From the NCBI RefSeq assembly GCF_009914755.1, contig NC_060940.1: a DNA stretch of 64,000 nt. One strand, 5' to 3'. Source of the DNA: the human T2T-CHM13v2.0 reference genome, Homo sapiens. Position numbers and translations under genes: made by a program. Of this stretch, positions 60,401 through 64,000 are shown one piece after another. Positions within the stretch are counted from its first letter, which is position 1. Each line of letters begins with the position of its first letter. Under the pieces are notes generated by a model. It ran no database searches. It was not told the origin of the DNA and saw only the letters and a list, made by a program, of their open reading frames with translations.

Positions 60401-63400
60401 TCATTCGATGATTCTATTCGATTCCGTTCGATGGTGATTCAATTCTATTATATTGGATGATTCCACTCGATTCCATTTGATGATTATTCCATTGGAGTCC
60501 ACTTAGTGAATCCTTTAGATTCTACTCGACGATGATTCCATTCGAGTCCATTCGATGATACCATTCAATTCCATTCGTTGATGCTTCCATTCAAGTGCAT
60601 TCGATGATATCATTCGATTCCATTTGATGATAATTCCATTTGATTCCATGCGATGATTCTATTCGATTCCATTCAATGATAATTCCATTCAATTCAGTGA
60701 TTCCTCTGGACTCCATTTGATGATGATTCCATTCAATGATTCCATTCGATTCTATTCGAAAATGATTCCATTTGAATCCATTTGATGATGATTCCATTAG
60801 ATTCCATTTGATGATTCCATTCGATTCCATTCGACGATGATTCCATTCGATTCCGTTTGATGATTCCATTCTATTCTATTCGATGATGATTCCATTCGAT
60901 TCCATTCGATGATGATTGGATTCGATTCCATTTGATGATTTCATTTGATTCCATTCGTTAATGATTTCGATCAATTCCATTCGATGATTCCATTCGATTC
61001 CATTCGATAATGATTACATCCGAGTCCATTCGATGATTCCCTTTGAGCCTGTTCGATAATTCCATTTGAGTCCAACCAATGATTCCATTCATTTCCATTC
61101 AATGATTCCATTCGAGTCCATTTGATCATTCCGGTAGGGTCCATTCGATGTTGATTCCATTGGAGTGCATTCGATGATTCCATTCGAGTCCATTTTAGGA
61201 TTTGATTCGAGTCCTTTCGATGATTCCATTCGATTCCACTCGATGATGATTTCATTCGAGTCCATTCGACACTTCCAATCGATTCCATTTGATGATTCCA
61301 TTCGAGTCCAATTGATGATTCCATTCAATTCCATTCGATGATGATTCCGTACGATTCCATTCTGTGATGATTCCATGTGATTGCATTCAATGATGATTCC
61401 TTTCGATTGCATTCGATTATGATTCATTTCGTGTTCATTCTATGGTTCCACAGGTTTCCATTCGTGTCCATTCCATTATTCCATTCTATTCCATTTGATG
61501 ATGATTCCATTCGATTCCATTCATTGGTGATTCCACTCAATTCCATTCAATGATTCCATTCCATTTCTTTCAACAATGATTCCATTAGTTTCTAATCGAT
61601 GATCCACTTGATTCCATTTGACGACGATTCCATTCTTGTCCATTCGATGATTCCATTTGATTCCATATGATGATGATTCCATTCGATTCCATACCATGAT
61701 GATTCCATTCGAGTCCATTCAATGGTGATTCCATTCAATTCCATTCGATGATTCCTTTTGATTCCATTCGATGATGATGGCATTCGATTCCTTTCAATCA
61801 TTCCCTTTGATTCCATTCAAAGGTGATTTCATTCAAGTCCATTCGATAATTGCATTCGATTCCATTCTATGATGATTCCATTCGAGTCCATTTGATGATT
61901 CCATTCAATTCAAGTCAATGATGATTCCATTCGATTCCATTCGATGATTCCATTGGATTCCATTCGATGATGATTCCATTCAAATCCATTCGATAATTCA
62001 ATTCAAGTCCATTCGATGATGATTCCAATCGAATCCATTCAAAGATTCCATTCAGTTCCATTCGATGATTCCCTTAGATTCCATTCGATGATTCCACTTG
62101 ATTCCATTTACGATGATTCCATTCGATTCCATGTGATGATTCCATTCAATTCTATTCAATGATGTCTCCATTTGATTCCATTCGACCATGATTGCCTTTG
62201 ATTCCATTCAATGATTCCATTCGGTTCCGTTTGATGATGATTCCGTTCGATTCCATTTGATGATTCCATTTGATTCCATTGGATGAGTCCATTCGATTAC
62301 ATTCGATGATTATTCCATTCGAGTGCATTAGATGATTCCATTCGAGTCCATTCGATGATTCCATTCGATTCCATTCGATGTTGATTCTGTTCAAATCCAT
62401 TCGATGATTCCACTCGATTCCATTCGATGACTCCATTTGATCCCATTCGATGATTTCCTTTGATTCCCTTTGATGATCATTCCATTTGATTCAATTCGGT
62501 GATTTCATTTGATTCCATTCAGTGATGTTTCCATTCGACTCCATTCGATGATGATTCCATTCGACTCCATTCGATTATGATTTCATTCAATTCCATTCGA
62601 TAATGATTCCCTTCGAGTCCATTCGATGATTCCATTCGATTCCATTCAACGATGATTTGATTCGTGTCCATTCGATGATTCCATTTGATTCCACTTGATG
62701 ATGATTCCATTCCAGTCCATTTGATGATTCCATTCAATTCCATACTCCGATGATTTCTTTTGAGCCCACTCAATGCTTCCACTCGATTCCATATGATGAT
62801 GACTCCATTCGATGAAATTCGATGATGATTCCATTCGCTTGCTTTCGATGATGATTCCACTTGAGTCCGTTAGAAGATTCTATTCAATTACATTCCAGGA
62901 CGATTCCGTTCGAGTCCATTTGATGATTCCATTAGACTCCATTCGACGATGATTCCATTCGATGTTATTTGATGATTCCATTCGATCTCATTCGATGATG
63001 ATTCCATTCAACTCCATTCGATGTTTCCATTCGAGTTCATTCTATTATTCCATTAGATTCCATTCGATGATGATTCCATTCGATTCCATTTGATGATTGC
63101 ATTCTATTTCATTTGATGATGATTCCATTCGAGTCCACTCGATGATTCCATTCGAGTCCATTTAATGAATCCATTGGTTTCAATTCTATGATGATTACAT
63201 TGGATTCCATTCGTTGATGATTTCATTCGGTTCCATTCAATGATGATTCCATTCAATTCCTTTCAATGTTTCCATTCAATTCCATACGATGATGATTCCA
63301 TTTGATTTGATTCGACAGTGAGCCATTCGATTCAATTCCATGATGATTCTATTTGATTCAATTGGTTGACATTTCCATTCGATTCCATTCGATGATGATT

Positions 63401-63517
63401 CCCTTTGATTCCGTTCAAAGATGATTCCATTCTAGCCCATTCAATCATTCCATTCGATTCTATTCAATGATGATTCCATTCATGTCGATTTGGTGATTCC
63501 ATTTGACTTCATTTGAT
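57406..63517 (+). repeat. 6,112-bp unit S6 (followed by partial unit 63518-64000)
   Basis: Landmark ORFs at 57397 and 63509. Confidence 0.88.
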
Positions 63518-64000
63518 GATGATTCCTTTCAAGTTCATTAGATGATTCCATTCGATTCCATTTGATGATGATCCCATTCGAGTCCATTCAGTGATTCCAT
63601 TCGTTTCCATTCCATGATGATTCCATTCCTTTCCATTCAATGATTCCATTCGATTCCGTTTGATGATGATTTCATTCGAGTCCATTTGATGATTCCATTT
63701 GATTCCATTCGATGATGATTCCATTCGAGTCCATTCGATGATTCTATTCGAATCCATTTGATGATTTCTTTTGATTATATTTGGTGATGATTCCATTGGA
63801 GTCCATTCAATGATTCCATTCTATTCCAATCGATGATGATTCCATTAGAGTCCATTTAATGATTCCATTTGATTCCAGTCTCTGATGATTACATTTGAGT
63901 CCATACGATGATTCCACTCAATTCCATATGATGATGATTCCATTTGATTCCATTCGGTGATTCCGTTCTATTCTATTCAATGGTGATTCCATTCGAGTAC

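Larger units (their letters stand above)
1..64000 (+). repeat. Human Satellite II (HSat2/HSATII)-type pericentromeric tandem satellite array, CATTC strand on +
   Basis: Every line consists of ATTCCATTCG / AGTCCATTCG decamers punctuated by ATG or ATGATG, giving 23/26-bp units such as ATTCCATTCGAGTCCATTCGATG. Frequent CATTCGATG(ATG)ATTC and scarce long pure (CATTC)n runs indicate HSat2 rather than HSat3. No non-satellite interruption was seen. Confidence 0.97.
26870..64000 (+). repeat. Homogeneous array of about 6.11-kb higher-order units (six full copies plus a partial), HSat2B/chr16-like period
   Basis: A landmark ORF recurs at 26861, 32973, 39084, 45196, 51285, 57397 and 63509 (spacings 6112, 6111, 6112, 6089, 6112, 6112). 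A second landmark at 27426, 33538, 39649, 45761, 51850 and 57962 agrees. The subfamily and chromosome assignment comes from recalled knowledge of the period only. Confidence 0.92.

Noticed and set aside
557-63796. More than 150 short minus-strand ORFs (60-193 aa; MESSSNGIEWNHH-type peptides)
   Set aside because: The GAATG/GAATC strand of HSat2 is rich in ATG and poor in stop codons. All three frames give the same low-complexity peptides, ORFs overlap in different frames and they break with single SNPs between copies. There is no evidence of coding function.
1-64000. CRISPR-like array or prokaryotic repeat system
   Set aside because: There are no invariant direct repeats separated by unique spacers, and no cas or any other genes. 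All intervening sequence is the same degenerate satellite.
1-64000. HSat3, alpha satellite/CENP-B boxes or telomeric repeat
   Set aside because: Pure (CATTC)n runs are short, and the 23/26-bp CATTCGATG(ATG) structure dominates. I saw no 171-bp monomers or TTAGGG tracts.
1-64000. Transcription-factor platform or lncRNA locus (TEAD CATTCC sites, DUX4-induced HSATII RNA)
   Set aside because: These roles are known for HSat2/3 families in general, but nothing in this sequence singles out a promoter or transcript. They cannot be supported without ChIP or RNA data.

Overview
The whole 64 kb window is one uninterrupted array of classical satellite DNA of the human Satellite II (HSat2/HSATII) type. 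It consists of diverged CATTC/GATTC pentamers arranged in 23-bp and 26-bp units (ATTCCATTCG A[T/G]TCCATTCG ATG[ATG]), all in one orientation. I found no gene, RNA gene, transposon or CRISPR array, and the ORFs are translation artefacts of the repeat, though they are useful as alignment landmarks. The informative signal is higher-order structure. Positions 1-26869 hold two long composite units (12,669 bp and 14,200 bp), followed by a regular array of about 6,112-bp units (6112, 6111, 6112, 6089, 6112, 6112, then a partial unit). The 6.1-kb unit is collinear with the long unit but lacks four blocks (about 758, 1990, 105 and 3676 bp). The switch between the two subtypes maps to roughly 28501-28568. 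A 6.1-kb period matches my recollection of the HSat2B array at human 16q11.2; this is inference, not a database result. I see no support for a novel protein-coding or functional system here. The findings concern satellite array architecture and evolution, and all offsets were read by eye from the sequence and the ORF track.
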